Part shown: positions 1 through 11,684 of the stretch, in pieces | Position numbering within the stretch: position 1 is the stretch's first letter | How the letters are laid out: the number at the start of each line of letters is the position of its first letter | Assembly: GCF_001194135.2 (NCBI RefSeq) | Contig: NC_068995.1 | Location: forward strand, 32,646,085-32,710,084 | Direction of reading: 5' to 3' | Length of the DNA: 64,000 bases | Source: Octopus bimaculoides | Lineage: Eukaryota | The notes under the pieces: model-generated | Told to the model about the DNA's origin: nothing | Seen by the model: only the letters and a program-made list of their open reading frames with translations | Databases searched by the model: none | Made by a program: the position numbers and the translations under genes

Positions 1-129
1 GATGCCCTTCCTAACGCCAGATGTTATTTATTTAAAGACATTCAAATTCATAGAGAATATAGTTCCTTGTCCTAATAATATATATATATGAGTGAAGGAC
101 AAAAGCCCCATAGTTAAAGTGTGAAAGTG

Positions 130-1760
130 GACAAGAGCCCCACGATTATATTTTTCGATTACTTTTTTGTTTTTTTCACCTTTTATTTGTTTCAGTCATT
201 AGACGGAGGCACCGCCTTGAAGAATTTTTAGCTGAACGTATTGACCCCCCCCCCAACACACACACCTTTTACTTGTTGCCGTTATTAGACTGCAGCCATG
301 CTGGGGTACCACTTTGATGAATTTTTAGTCGAATGTAACGACCCCAGAATTGTTTTTAATGATTTTCAACCAGCACATGAAGCTAAGCCTAGAAGCCACG
401 TGCTGGAAATAACAGCCAAATCTCTTAAAAATTTTTTTAGAACCCCCTCGGTTTTTTTTTCATTTTCTAAAAATCTTTTTACTTGCTTCAGTCATTGGAC
501 TGCGGCCATGCTGGAGCACCAGGTAGAAGAATTTTTGATTGCAGAAAAATCAGCATTTTAAAGTCTTTTGTTTTCTCTCAGCACTTAGATTAATGAGAAT
601 AAGTTGACCTTTTGCACTTTCTCAGGCCATTGATGGTTTAATAGAATTATGGCGCCGAATGCTAGTCATTCAAGCGTACTTCTTATTGATTTTATGTTTA
701 TACACATTTCTTGAAGTAAATGCTTTTCCTTTTGTTAGAATTCAGACAATATGTAGTAAAGAGTCTTGTGTTCTGTATTCTATTATTTATGTTAAGGCTG
801 ATTTATTTTCACTTTCAAACTTTAAAATTATTCTAAAAACGAGGAAATAATTGAAACACACAGAACATACTACTGTGAGGAACATAGATGTTTTGACACC
901 GTTTTTCTATTGAATATATTTTGCTTACTTAAATTAGAAGGTTAATGTTTCCGGGTCAAGTTGTAAACATTAACCAATTGGAATTTTGGAAATTTTTTTT
1001 TTTACAACCGCGATTTATGTTTTTGCTTACATGAAATTATAAGAAAAAAGTTATGAGATTTGACTGTTATTTCTAGCATGTGGAGAGACCTTCTAGGTTT
1101 AACTTTATGTGCTAGTTGAAAATCACTTAAAAAAGATTCTGGGGTCGATATATTGGTGACCGGTAATAAAGTCACAGGAAAAAAGTCATAGTAATAGTCA
1201 CAATTAATTTATGGTGGCTGGTAATAAAGTCATAGGAGAAAAGTCACAATTTATGGAATCCGAACAAAACCCCTGTGACTTTTTTACCTGGATTCGATAC
1301 ATTCGACAAAAAATTCTTCAAGGCGGTGCCCTAGCATGGCCGTAGTCCAGTGATTGAAACAAGTAAAAAGACTTCAGGAATGTAAAAAAAAAAAAAACCG
1401 AAGAATAACCAAAAAATATAACAGAGGGGGGGTATAAAAGATTTCAAGAGATTTGGCTGCTATTTCTAGTACGTCTAGAGACCTAGGCTTAATTTCATGC
1501 GCTGGTTGAAAATCATCTGAAAAACTTCTGGGCTCAATACAATTGACTAAAGATTCCTCAAGGTGGTGCCCCAGCATGGCCACAGTCTAATGACTGCAAC
1601 AAGTAAAAAGAAAAACAAAAACGAATTATATCACAGAAGTGGTTTTGATCAAGCTTAAAAAAAATTCTGGGTTCCATACAGCCATCTGGCTGCAATCTAA
1701 TAAATATAACAAATAAAAAAAAATTCTGGGGTTGATACATTCAACTAAAAATTCTAAAAA
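130..1760. repeat. Inverted array of composite SINE-tail units
   Basis: About three units ttcagtcatt.gactgc.gccatgctgg.gcacc..cttgaagaattttt in + orientation at 130-560 and about four in - orientation at 1020-1760; ORFs 298..561(+) and 1374..1583(-) translate to near-paralogous peptides. Confidence 0.75.
1162..1288. mobile_element. Small MITE with aaagtcac subrepeats, inserted in a SINE tail
   Basis: ggtaataaagtcacagg / cctgtgacttttttacc inverted ends; tcgata duplicated at 1145-1150 and 1294-1299. Confidence 0.65.
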
Positions 1761-1796
1761 AGGAAAAAACTGTGGGGCTTTTGTCCCGATCCCGTG

Positions 1797-1798
1797 TA

Positions 1799-1857
<59 letters not shown>

Positions 1858-1870
1858 ATATATATGTATA
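1797..1870. repeat. (TG)n(TA)n microsatellite
   Basis: Seen directly; similar runs at 2530-2612, 2963-3035, 11641-11678 and 44464-44502. Confidence 0.9.
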
Positions 1871-2051
1871 AGGTAAGAAAATGGAGAATTGAGGATGTGT
1901 ACTTAATTTATTTGTATCATAGTTTAAATTTAAATTCAAATCGAAATATATGTACGTTTTTGAGTTTCTTTTGTACTTTTTAAAATTTATCTGTATTTAA
2001 ATTTTTACTTCATTAACTATACATCTTCAATTCTCCATTTTCTTGCCTTAT
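1868..2051. mobile_element. MITE with about 34-bp TIRs
   Basis: ataaggtaagaaaatggagaattgaggatgtgta versus tatacatcttcaattctccattttcttgccttat; AT-rich interior; next to (TA)n. Confidence 0.75.
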
Positions 2052-2575
2052 TATTAATAATACTTATTATAATAATCCCTAGCATATTGTGGAGGTTTTC
2101 TTCTAATGTGATTGAGATTAAACTGCACACCAAACAGTTAAAGAGAAGAAATTACTGAAATTAGTCATTACTCATTTTTTAAAACTTGGAAATTATCAAA
2201 TTAGACATTAGTGTGGGGAAAAAATTGACTTGGAATCGAATGGAGAAAAGAATATTCATTGTTAAATATCAAAAATTATCCAGATATTTTATTAACAACC
2301 TCAATTACAATCAGGTCAAAGTTGAGGAAACATTTTTTGAAAAAAGAGGACCTGCCATCTGATTATGTTTCAGACTCACTCAGCTTCAACAACAATAACT
2401 ATGCTGATCAACTCCTAAATATAATGTAGCAATACAAAATGATGATGCAATACATGCAACGCAATGATCTCAAAAAGGTAGGGGAAAATAACAATAAATC
2501 AGAAGTTACACCTTTTGCCCACTCCACTGATATATATATGTATATGTATGCACGCGTGTGCATACATACATATAC

Positions 2576-2612
<37 letters not shown>

Positions 2613-2614
2613 AT

Positions 2615-2945
2615 GCTCTGGTACAGCAGGATCTCTGTATGGTTGCTATTTGAAGTATTGGCCCAGATTTTGTTCATTCCTCTCTAGCAAATAATGCTGC
2701 CCAGGTAAGAGATTGAGCCACAAAGAAGAGCGAGACTTTTCCAACTGCCAGGACAAATACCCAAGACAGCTATACAGTGAGTACCATCAGAGAGATGAAA
2801 AAAGAGAGGGAGATCCAAGAAGATATGGTACATCACCTTCAAAGAAAATCTGAAACAACTTAATATCACCTGGGAAAACAAAGCCAACCATGCTCAAATA
2901 CAAAATTATGAGAGACATCTTGCTGCATAGTGTACATCTAATTAT
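2615..2945 (+). mobile_element. RTE-type LINE 3' fragment
   Basis: Reads KRGRSKKIWYITFKENLKQLNITWENKANHAQ, with stops. Confidence 0.6.
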
Positions 2946-2962
2946 ATGGCTGGAACTAAATC

Positions 2963-3025
<63 letters not shown>

Positions 3026-3035
3026 TACACACCAC

Positions 3036-3400
3036 ACACAGAGTGACCCAAAAAGATGGATATATACTTCTACAGCAGATAACCCAAATCTTCTTTCTTT
3101 TCAGATTTCACCCATCAGAATTAATAATAGCATCAAGACTTAGCTTTAAACAAAGGAAATTCATCTTAAAATTCTACTAGAAGTATGAAAATGCAGTTGA
3201 AGTCCAACAGCAGTATAGAAGAGGGTTTCAATCAGATCTGCCTATGTGGATAACCATCTATCAAATCAAGAATTTGAATCTGATAGAACTGTACAGGATA
3301 TACACGCAACGAGGGTGAGAGACATTTGTCAGTGTTCACCCAGGATGGGTTGAGCTGGATCCAAAAAGCAAATCCACAACATGAAGAACAGAAGTTGATC
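3036..3400 (+). mobile_element. Tc1/mariner-type transposon 5' remnant (HTH transposase N-terminus)
   Basis: Starts acagagtgacccaaaaagatgg after a (TA)/(CA) run; translates LSFKQRKFILKFY*KYENAVEVQQQYRRGF...FESDRTV, with stops. Confidence 0.65.
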
Positions 3401-4149
3401 ACACTTAGTGATCACAGATGACTGACACAGCTTGACAAATACAAAAGATTCAGTGACGGCAAAAATGACCAAAGACTTCCAACTAGTATAAGTCTGCTAC
3501 TCTCATAGTCAAACAACTAAGTAAATGTGAATTCTTGTGGCTACACAAATCTCTGACCTAGACTAAAGCCAATTTTGATGACAACGCTGCAACATGTGTC
3601 CAGTCGATGTAATCTATCTTATCTTTATTCTGGCTTATGGCAGGGGTAATACTAAGGTATCACAGGGGCTACTTCAAGGGATGTGCCTGCAGATGCAATC
3701 TTTGTATCGGCTACATTGATTATCATGCTCTCATGTGATACATACACATTGAGGTGGTCAATGGCTGACTGGACATCTATGTAGTTGTCACCAGTTATCA
3801 CAAGGCTATGCAGACATGTTGCTGATCTCAAGAGAAATTGAAATCTTGCTGAAAATGACATCTTTAATGATACAATTTTAACGACCATAGACGGACAAAG
3901 AAGTTAAGTTTACATTGGTGGGATATGAATAACGACAATGTCTTTATCTTTTGTTTCCTGTAAATTTGAACTATACACACACACATACATATATACACAC
4001 AGTCATACAAATATATATGTGCATGTATTTGACTACATCTATTTCCACACTGACACTGCACAAGCAATTAAGTAATATTACTGTGCAGTTTAAATTGGGG
4101 ACTCAACATCTGATCTTTTTCCAGGGAAATCTGGAGTCCATCCCACTCT

Positions 4150-4977
4150 GTTCAATATCTGCATGAACTGGATGCTTGGCTAAATGATCAAGTTGTGGAG
4201 CACTCATTGGTAAAACTAGAATTACTGACCTGGACTTTGCTGATGGTGTGGTTATTTTTGCTGAATCTGTGAAGGACTTAAGGAATGCTCTCTTTCCACT
4301 GAGTGAGGAAGCAGAACCACTTGACTTTAGACAAAGATCCAGTCTTTTGTTGCCTTCCGAGAGGACTCCGTCTCATTTGTCTCTGTTGCAGGTGAAAATG
4401 TCAAAGTTGCTGACTGCTTCACTTATCTTAGCAGTGTGATCAATAGCAGCATTAGCTCTAAGTCGGAAGGCTTAAAAAAACTTAGTAGACTGCTGGTGAA
4501 CAAGGGTGTTTGGTGCTGCCAATATCTGAGCAAGAGGACAATGGTCCGGGTCTTTAGATCTCTGGTCTCCTTGTCCAGCTGTATAGTTGCAAGACTTGGA
4601 CACTGTTGGGGTTCTTAGGAGTCATCTGAACTCTTTTGGTACTAGGTAGCTTCACAAAATTATGGGTTATCATTGGTCGGATTTTGTATTCAACCAATGA
4701 CTCTACTCAGAAGCTGAGATGCATCCTGTTACTTGTATGATACAGGACAGTCAGCTCAGACTGTTTAGTCATGATGCTTGATTTTCGAGAATCCAGCTGA
4801 GGTGATGGCTCATGTTGATCAACCACATGATCACGGCAGATGAGGAAGTATCTGGCGGAGATGGGGACTGACTGGTACGCTACTCAAAGGATTGCACAGA
4901 ACAACCCAAGCAAATACCAACAAATGTGGATGCAGCAATCTGCTGCAATGGTGCATTCCCCCATACCTGACCTGAAT
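4150..4977 (+). mobile_element. RTE-clade LINE 3' fragment (RT domain to end)
   Basis: DLDFADGVVIFAESVKDLRNAL at 4227 (the YADD-equivalent motif); later RQLRLFSH; ends in an acctgacctga tail. Confidence 0.75.
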
Positions 4978-5123
4978 TAAACAATATGTCCCACAATTCA
5001 GTACTTCAACATGTAAAGACAATTAAGGGCTAGTATGAGGAAAGAAAGCCATAGAATACTGCCCTGTGAGATCTTGTTCAACCTAGAAAGAAGAAGCTGA
5101 TATAAAAAGAATGATCTTGATTG

Positions 5124-5125
5124 TG

Positions 5126-5172
<47 letters not shown>

Positions 5173-5188
5173 TGTGTGTGTGTGTGTA
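5124..5188. repeat. (TG)n microsatellite
   Basis: Seen directly. Confidence 0.95.
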
Positions 5189-5212
5189 CATCATTGTCAT
5201 CATCATCATTTT

Positions 5213-5582
5213 ATTCTTTTACTTGTCTTAGTTATTTGACTGCAGCCATGCTGGAGCACTGCCTTAAAGGGTTTTAGTCGAAGAACTCGACCCCAGGACT
5301 CATTCTTTGTAAGCCTAATACTTATTCTATCGATCTCCTTTGCCAAATCGCTAAATTACAGGGTCATAAACACACCAGCATTGGTTGTCAAGCGATGGTA
5401 GGTGGATACACACATAAATATATACATATACATGATGGGCTTCTTTCAGCCTCCGTCAACCAAATCTACCCACAATGCCTTGGTTGGCCTGAGGCTATAA
5501 TAGAAGACACTTGTCCAAGGAGACTGAACATGGAACAATGTAGTTGGGAAACAAGCTTCTTACCACACAGCCATGCTCGTCT
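5213..5582 (-). mobile_element. SINE family 3 (tRNA-like head + internal microsatellite + tgactgaaacaagtaaaag tail)
   Basis: Head at 5435-5582, (CA/TA) run at about 5410-5430, tail at 5213-5400. The same architecture occurs at 47645-48000(-) and 43960-44722(+). Confidence 0.8.
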
Positions 5583-5679
5583 ACTTTTCCTTGCTGGCAG
5601 GTCTTGGATGGGTTTTCTCAGGCAGAATTTTACCACCAATTGCCTGACTAACACCCATGCTGGTGGTGCATAAAAAAAC

Positions 5680-5915
5680 ACCATTCGAGCATGGTGGTTG
5701 CCAGTGCCGCTTCACTGGCCCTCATGCCAGTGACACGTAAAAAGCACCCGCTACACTCACGGAGTAGTTGGCGTTAAAAAAGGCATCCAGCTGTAGAAAC
5801 TTTGCCAGATCAGATTGGAACCTGGTGCAGCCTTCTGGCTTGCCAGCCCTCAGTCAAACCATCCAACTCATGTCAGCATGGAAAGCAGATGTTGAACAAC
5901 AATGATGATGATGAC
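5680..5915 (+). mobile_element. (GAT)n-tailed retroposon 3' end (RTE LINE 3'UTR / SINE tail)
   Basis: aaaagcacc..gtggttggc.ttaggaagggcatccagc..agcatggaaa..gttaaa(gat)n. At least 12 copies, e.g. 6920-7150(-), 7675-7805(-), 9440-9605, 12160-12405, 22930-23200, 25380-25650, 45345-45520(-), 47120-47350(-), 54420-54590(-), 55300-55620(-), 56540-56710, 60055-60240(-). Confidence 0.8.
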
Positions 5916-6070
5916 AATGAATATATGCGGGATGTGGCACCTATTGTAAAACTGCATATACTGTATATGACCAAAACAGATGCTTTTGTACGTAGATGAA
6001 ATATTTGTGTTCTTATTTTGATTCTAATACTAGCAATGTCCAATCAATGATTTATTACACTTTTACTTAC

Positions 6071-6267
6071 TTTGGTTTCTTTCGTGGTGGTTGAAATCGT
6101 TCATTGTCTGTAACATAATATAGAACTTGTTTGGTGTACTGAGAGGTTTTTCTCATCCAAGAAATATCTTCATCATCATCACTGTCTTCAAACAATTCAT
6201 CATCAGACGATGAACCGCTACTGTTTTGTGCCAATGCATGACGCTTAGACACAAAACGACAAGAACA
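6071..6267 (-). CDS. NBAS: NBAS exon 14 (CSCRFVSKR...acidic SDDELFEDSDDDED...VTDNERFQPPRKKP)
   Basis: tttcag| acceptor, AA|gtaagt donor; 197 nt; overlaps ORF 6067..6306. No further exon was found in 1..6070. Confidence 0.94.
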
Positions 6268-9200
6268 CTGAAATAGATACAAAGCAAGAGTATTTGAATT
6301 TGTCATAATGTTTATATATTAATAGAAGAAGCATGTACAAGTTTCCACATGTATCAAATCATTTTTCTAATTTTTATTTAGTCCATATACATAGTATCTG
6401 GTGCATTTCTAATCCTTCTCAAGCGAATGTTTTCAGTCATCATCACTAAACCTCCATTTTCCATGCTGATATGAATTGGCTGGTTTGACAGGATCCACTG
6501 AGCCACAGGGTTGCATCATGCTTCATGTAAGCTTTGGCATAGATTCTACAGCTGGATACCTTTCCTAATGCTAGCCACTTTAGAGTGTGTATTGGGTGCT
6601 TTTCCCATGTCACTGGTAGCAGTGGGGTTGCCAAGTACCTTACAAAACAGAAAAGAACAAGAAAAGAGCAAAAGGGAAAAGCCTCCTTGAGCAAATGAGG
6701 GTAGTATTTGAGAAGTTGGAGAGATTTTAGGACACTGGCTCAGGGACTAGGAAATGAAAAGGCATAGGAGTGGTGGGGAGGGAGAAATAGCGGTACATAA
6801 GAGGTAACTATAGTGAGCATGTTGGCAGACAAGAGAGGGTGCTGGGATATATGGTTTCTACTTCTGCATGTCAATATTTAGATAGACAATATAGACAACC
6901 GCTAAAAGGTTACAGTACATCATCATTTAATGTCTGTTCTCCATATTGGCATGGCTTGTACAGTTTGACATAGAGCTGGCCAGCTGAAGAGCTGCCCAGG
7001 CTCCGTGTGTTTTGGCATGGTTTCTATGACTGGATGCCCTTCCTAACGCCAACCACTTTACAGAGTGTACTGGGTGTTTTTATGTGACATCAGCACAAAC
7101 ACTTTTACATGGCACTGATATGGGTGTTTTTCACATGGCACCAACGCCCACAAGGTTAGGATCACTCAGCTAAAAAAGGATGTAGAGGATATGTTGTATG
7201 CAAAGACAACCATGATTCCACTTAGCTTGACATGACTTTTCAAGCACAGCAAACTGCCAGAAGTCTTGGTCCTTTGCCATTCCCTCAGTGAGGCCCAACA
7301 TCTGAAGATCCTTTCTCACCACTTCATCCCACATCTTCCTGGGTCTGTTCCTTCCACATGTTCACTCCAAAATTAGAGACCAGCATTTCTTGATGCAGTT
7401 GTCCTTATCCATGTGCATCACATGACCATACCAGTGCAGTCTTCTCTCTTGCACACTACATCTGATGCTTCATATACCCAGTTTTTCTCTTAAATCTGTC
7501 ATATATGCACACTGACATTACCTATCCTGTGGGGCATGCTGACTTCATTTCTTTCAAGCCTTCACATGTCCTCAGTACATATATACTTATCACACTAGCA
7601 TCACTGTGATTCATTGACATGTGAACAGATAGTACTCTCTGTAAACTGGTTAGGAAAGTTAATTATTCATTCATCATCATCATCGTTTAACGTCCGCTTT
7701 CCATGCTAGCATGGGTTGGACGATTTGACTGAGGACTGGTGAAACTGGATGGCAACACCAGGCTCCAATCTGATTTGGCAGAGTTTCTACAGCTGGATGC
7801 CCTTCTCATTATCAATTACATATTACAGCTACTGGCAACAAAGGTCTTTTCTCTCAATACAAGTGTCAGGCAGACTGCAATTCTAATGTTAGCAAGATAT
7901 AGGCCTTAAATGCAGAATAACTACAAACACTAGAAGGAAATGAAGCTAGCATGCTCCAATGGATGTATAATGTTAGTGTGAATGAATGCTAAAGTACACA
8001 TGAGCCTAAGAGAAAAACTAGGTATGAGAAGAATCAGGTGCAATGTGTAAAAGAAGAGGCTACACTGGTACAAACACGTGATCCACACAAAACTGCCAAG
8101 CAGTCAAATTAGTGGAACCTATGGAAAAGGGTGATCAAAGAAGACTCGAGATGAAAGTGATAACTGCTAGGCTGAAGATATTACATCTCATGAATGAGGT
8201 GACAGAGGATTGTACTGACTGGTGATAGGTGATGTTACAAAAGACTCATTCACCTATAGCAAAACACAGGAATAGTGTTTAAGAAGCTGTAAAACATACA
8301 AGGGGGTACTGAAAAATTTCTGTCTTTGAGGGTATTACAAAAGGCCTGGTTGGAGGCCCAAACTTCCAAGTTCTGTTACAGGCCTTAGAAAACCTGAAAG
8401 ACCACTGCAACAAGTGTGTTAATCTGAGAGGGGAATATGTTGAATAAAATCATAATTAACTGATCCTCTTGTATTTTCTTTTACCCAAAGCAGGGAACTT
8501 TTCAGCACTCCCTTGTATGTGTGTGTGTGTGTGTGTGTGTGTGCTAAACCCATCTTACCACCCAATTATCTTTCATCCTTGCTCCTTCCATGACACCCAC
8601 CTCTTCATCACTCACAGCACTCTTTCAAGTTACTTCTATTGCCACCCAACACATTCTCTTATCCTTATATCACTACTTGCCCTTACACCTCTAGGATGCC
8701 CTTTACTCTTTCTTTTGCTGCACCTACTCAGTTTTCCTCTAACCCATCCATCTCTCACTATTCTCTCTAATTCCTTCCTATTTGGGCTCCCTCCACTGCC
8801 CCCTCATCTGGGATGCTTTTGAAGCGTCCACACTCTGCTCTTCTGCTTCCCCTTATTTCTGAGGTACCCTCCAGCATCTCTTTCTCTCGCTGCACTCACT
8901 TTCTGCCTCATTTTTATCACAGCCCTCGCCCCACCACCTCACCATCCCTTCTCATTTCTACCCCACTAGCCTACCCTCATGACCCCTCACACCTCACCTT
9001 CAATGACTCACTCAAAATTCTTTTCCACCTTAGCCTATTGCTCCCTCCCTGCCTTCCTGTCCCCTTTCTCTCACACTTTCTGCAATACTCACTCTTATAA
9101 GCTAGGAGAGCCCCAGAACGGCCCTACACAACCCACCTTATCACCTTTCCACTTTATCCCCTTCTTTTCTCAATAAGCTTCAGTCAATTTTTTCGCCCCT

Positions 9201-11640
9201 GATCCCTGTCATAGCTCCACCCACCCCTTAGTGACTACTCCTCTATTACTCTTTACTCTCACCATTACTACTTTTTGCAACTATAAATCTGTTCCTCTCC
9301 TCTTACCTTCCCTCATCCCAGCATCAAGAATCATCACTCTTGCTCTCTCTTCTACTTTCCCTAAGTCATAGGGTTTACTCTAGGCTCTTAAGTTTGCAAG
9401 TTAGGAGATGATCAGCACTAGTGGCAGGTGTCATGAAAAATAACCACTCAGTATATTCTGTAAAGTGGTTGGTACCAAGAAGGGCATAGAAATTAAGCCA
9501 AACTAGACATTGAAGCATGATGCAGTCATCTGACTATCAGACCCAGACAATTCATCCGATTGATGCCAGCATAGAAACGGGGTGCTAAATGATAATGATG
9601 ATGACAGTACCTCCACCTAGTCACAACAGTAAACAACCACAAGGAAAGGTAATATACTAGATTCAGTCACTCTCTCAGGCAATATGAGAAGGCAAGAAAC
9701 AAACCAATGAGAGAAACAAGCTCCAAAGACACAATTACTCACTATATAAAAGCAGTCAATGAAGGACACTGAATAATGCAGTCTTGGATGCAAAGTGTAC
9801 AAAAATAACGATGGGATGGCCATGCCTGGAATGCTGGTCAAAAAATAAAAAAAGTCATCAACACAAAGAAAGCAAGAAATATTACCTCTAGACCTAGAAA
9901 TCTTCCCTCATATGTGCTTGTTACTCGGGGAGAAGGTTCAAACCATTCAGGATGAGCACCAAGTAAGTTTTTCAGGGTATTTGTGGAAACAAGGCTCACA
10001 GCTCCAGGACATCTTGCAAGAATTAAAGCCTAATATAAACAATATACAAAGAAAGAAAATTAAGATAGTCTTGGTTCAGAAAGAGGAACTTCATATTAGG
10101 TTGGATTTTTTGTTGTTGTTTTTTGGGAGTTTTTTATGCTGCTTTCACAGATTCCCATGACTCTCTGTTTCCATCCAATTCCATTATTATGAATCTGAAT
10201 TGGGAGCTTGAGTCATAGTGAATCTTTCATCAGCTGATTACACAATCATGAACACTGCTCCTATGGATGCGTTGTAGTTACTCTCTTGATAGAGATTGGT
10301 AACCCTGACCATTCATCTTCTAGGATTCCCTCATTCAGCATCAATGTAAGAAGCACCTTTGGCTCACTTGAGCTCTTCTGCTACCTCTTCACAATCTGTC
10401 ATACTGCAGTCCCATGATTTTACCACATCTCTGGCAGGGTGGTTGAATGGGTACTATACCTTGTCAAAGGCCAGCCCATAACTATATAGAGCATGGCCAT
10501 CACTCTGTAAGGTATTTTCAAAATACCCACATACCCAGACGTTAGTAAAAGAGAGTAACACAATTAGGTTAAAAATTTGGTATATGCAATTGAGGTAGTA
10601 TTTAATTAACATAGCCATCTATGTATCATACACAATGTATACACACTGCTGATAGACTAGTTGCTGCAACATTTATCCTGAAACATTGCTTATGAACTTG
10701 TATTAAAAGCACAATAAATACTAGAGTAGTGGCTATTTACAAAATCAGTAAATGTTTACTCACTTCTTCCCATATCAGAGATGATGAATTTTTGTCCATT
10801 CATGTGACTGGCTGTGAGTACTCACCTTTGAAAAGGCCCCAAAATGCAAATGCCTCTGGCACTCTTGCTGGTCACTAGTAGGATGAATTTTTGACTTTTT
10901 CTCATATTTAATGCAGTTTTAACACAGCAAGTCCATAACAGATGTTATCTTAGGACAAATCCTGCAGAAACTGACCTATCAACATTTAACTTAACTTTTC
11001 AACCATAAAGCAAACAGATGAGTACCCATGAGTTTATAGGAAACAAATTCATTTTATATCTTTCTTTTGTAAAACAAAAAAAAATATGATTTCTAAGATA
11101 GGCACAACACTAGAAATTTTTGTGAGGTGTGCAGTTGGTTAACCCTTTAGCATTTAAACCAACCATATCTGGCCCAAGTATTCTACCTGTTTTATGCTCA
11201 AACCAGCCAGATCTGGTTTCTCACATCTACTCTACAGTGTTATTCTACAAATATAAAATCATATCATCAAAATTTCAAAGCTGGGATAATGCATGATTAA
11301 TTCAAAAACAATGTAAATAAATAAGCATTACATTTGACAGAGTAATCTGAATGCTAAAGAATAGAAATACAAAAATGCACTTTCCCCAATGCTCTAATGA
11401 TGCTGCCAATCCTTAATGGTGGTGGGTAGTGGTGAAGGTGGTATGTAACCATTATAGAGTAATGAATTTGGAAAAGTTAAGCATGGACTATACACAGATT
11501 AGCTAAAATAAAATATCTTACGTTTTCTGACCACCAGTTGATATCTATTAAATTCTTTGATGGCACAAGATCTGAAAGCAAAATGAGGAGAGATTTATTG
11601 GTAAATATATATCCGACTAGTTTTATACATAACTATATTA

Positions 11641-11684
<44 letters not shown>

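Noticed and set aside
1732-3180. ORFs rich in YIYI/HTHT/CVCV
   Set aside because: These are translations of microsatellites, not genes.
3652-3888. ORF as the next NBAS exon
   Set aside because: No similarity to the expected continuation (YRLVSLRSTTPEELY-like); it looks like decayed retroelement sequence.
8469-9176. Three overlapping L/S/P/H-rich ORFs
   Set aside because: Stop-codon scarcity in a C/T-rich low-complexity tract explains them.
10757-10826. Cryptic NBAS exon(s) with gtgagt donors, including the palindrome gtgagtactcac
   Set aside because: Exons 12 and 13 already join in frame and match the human protein; there is no NBAS-like translation here.
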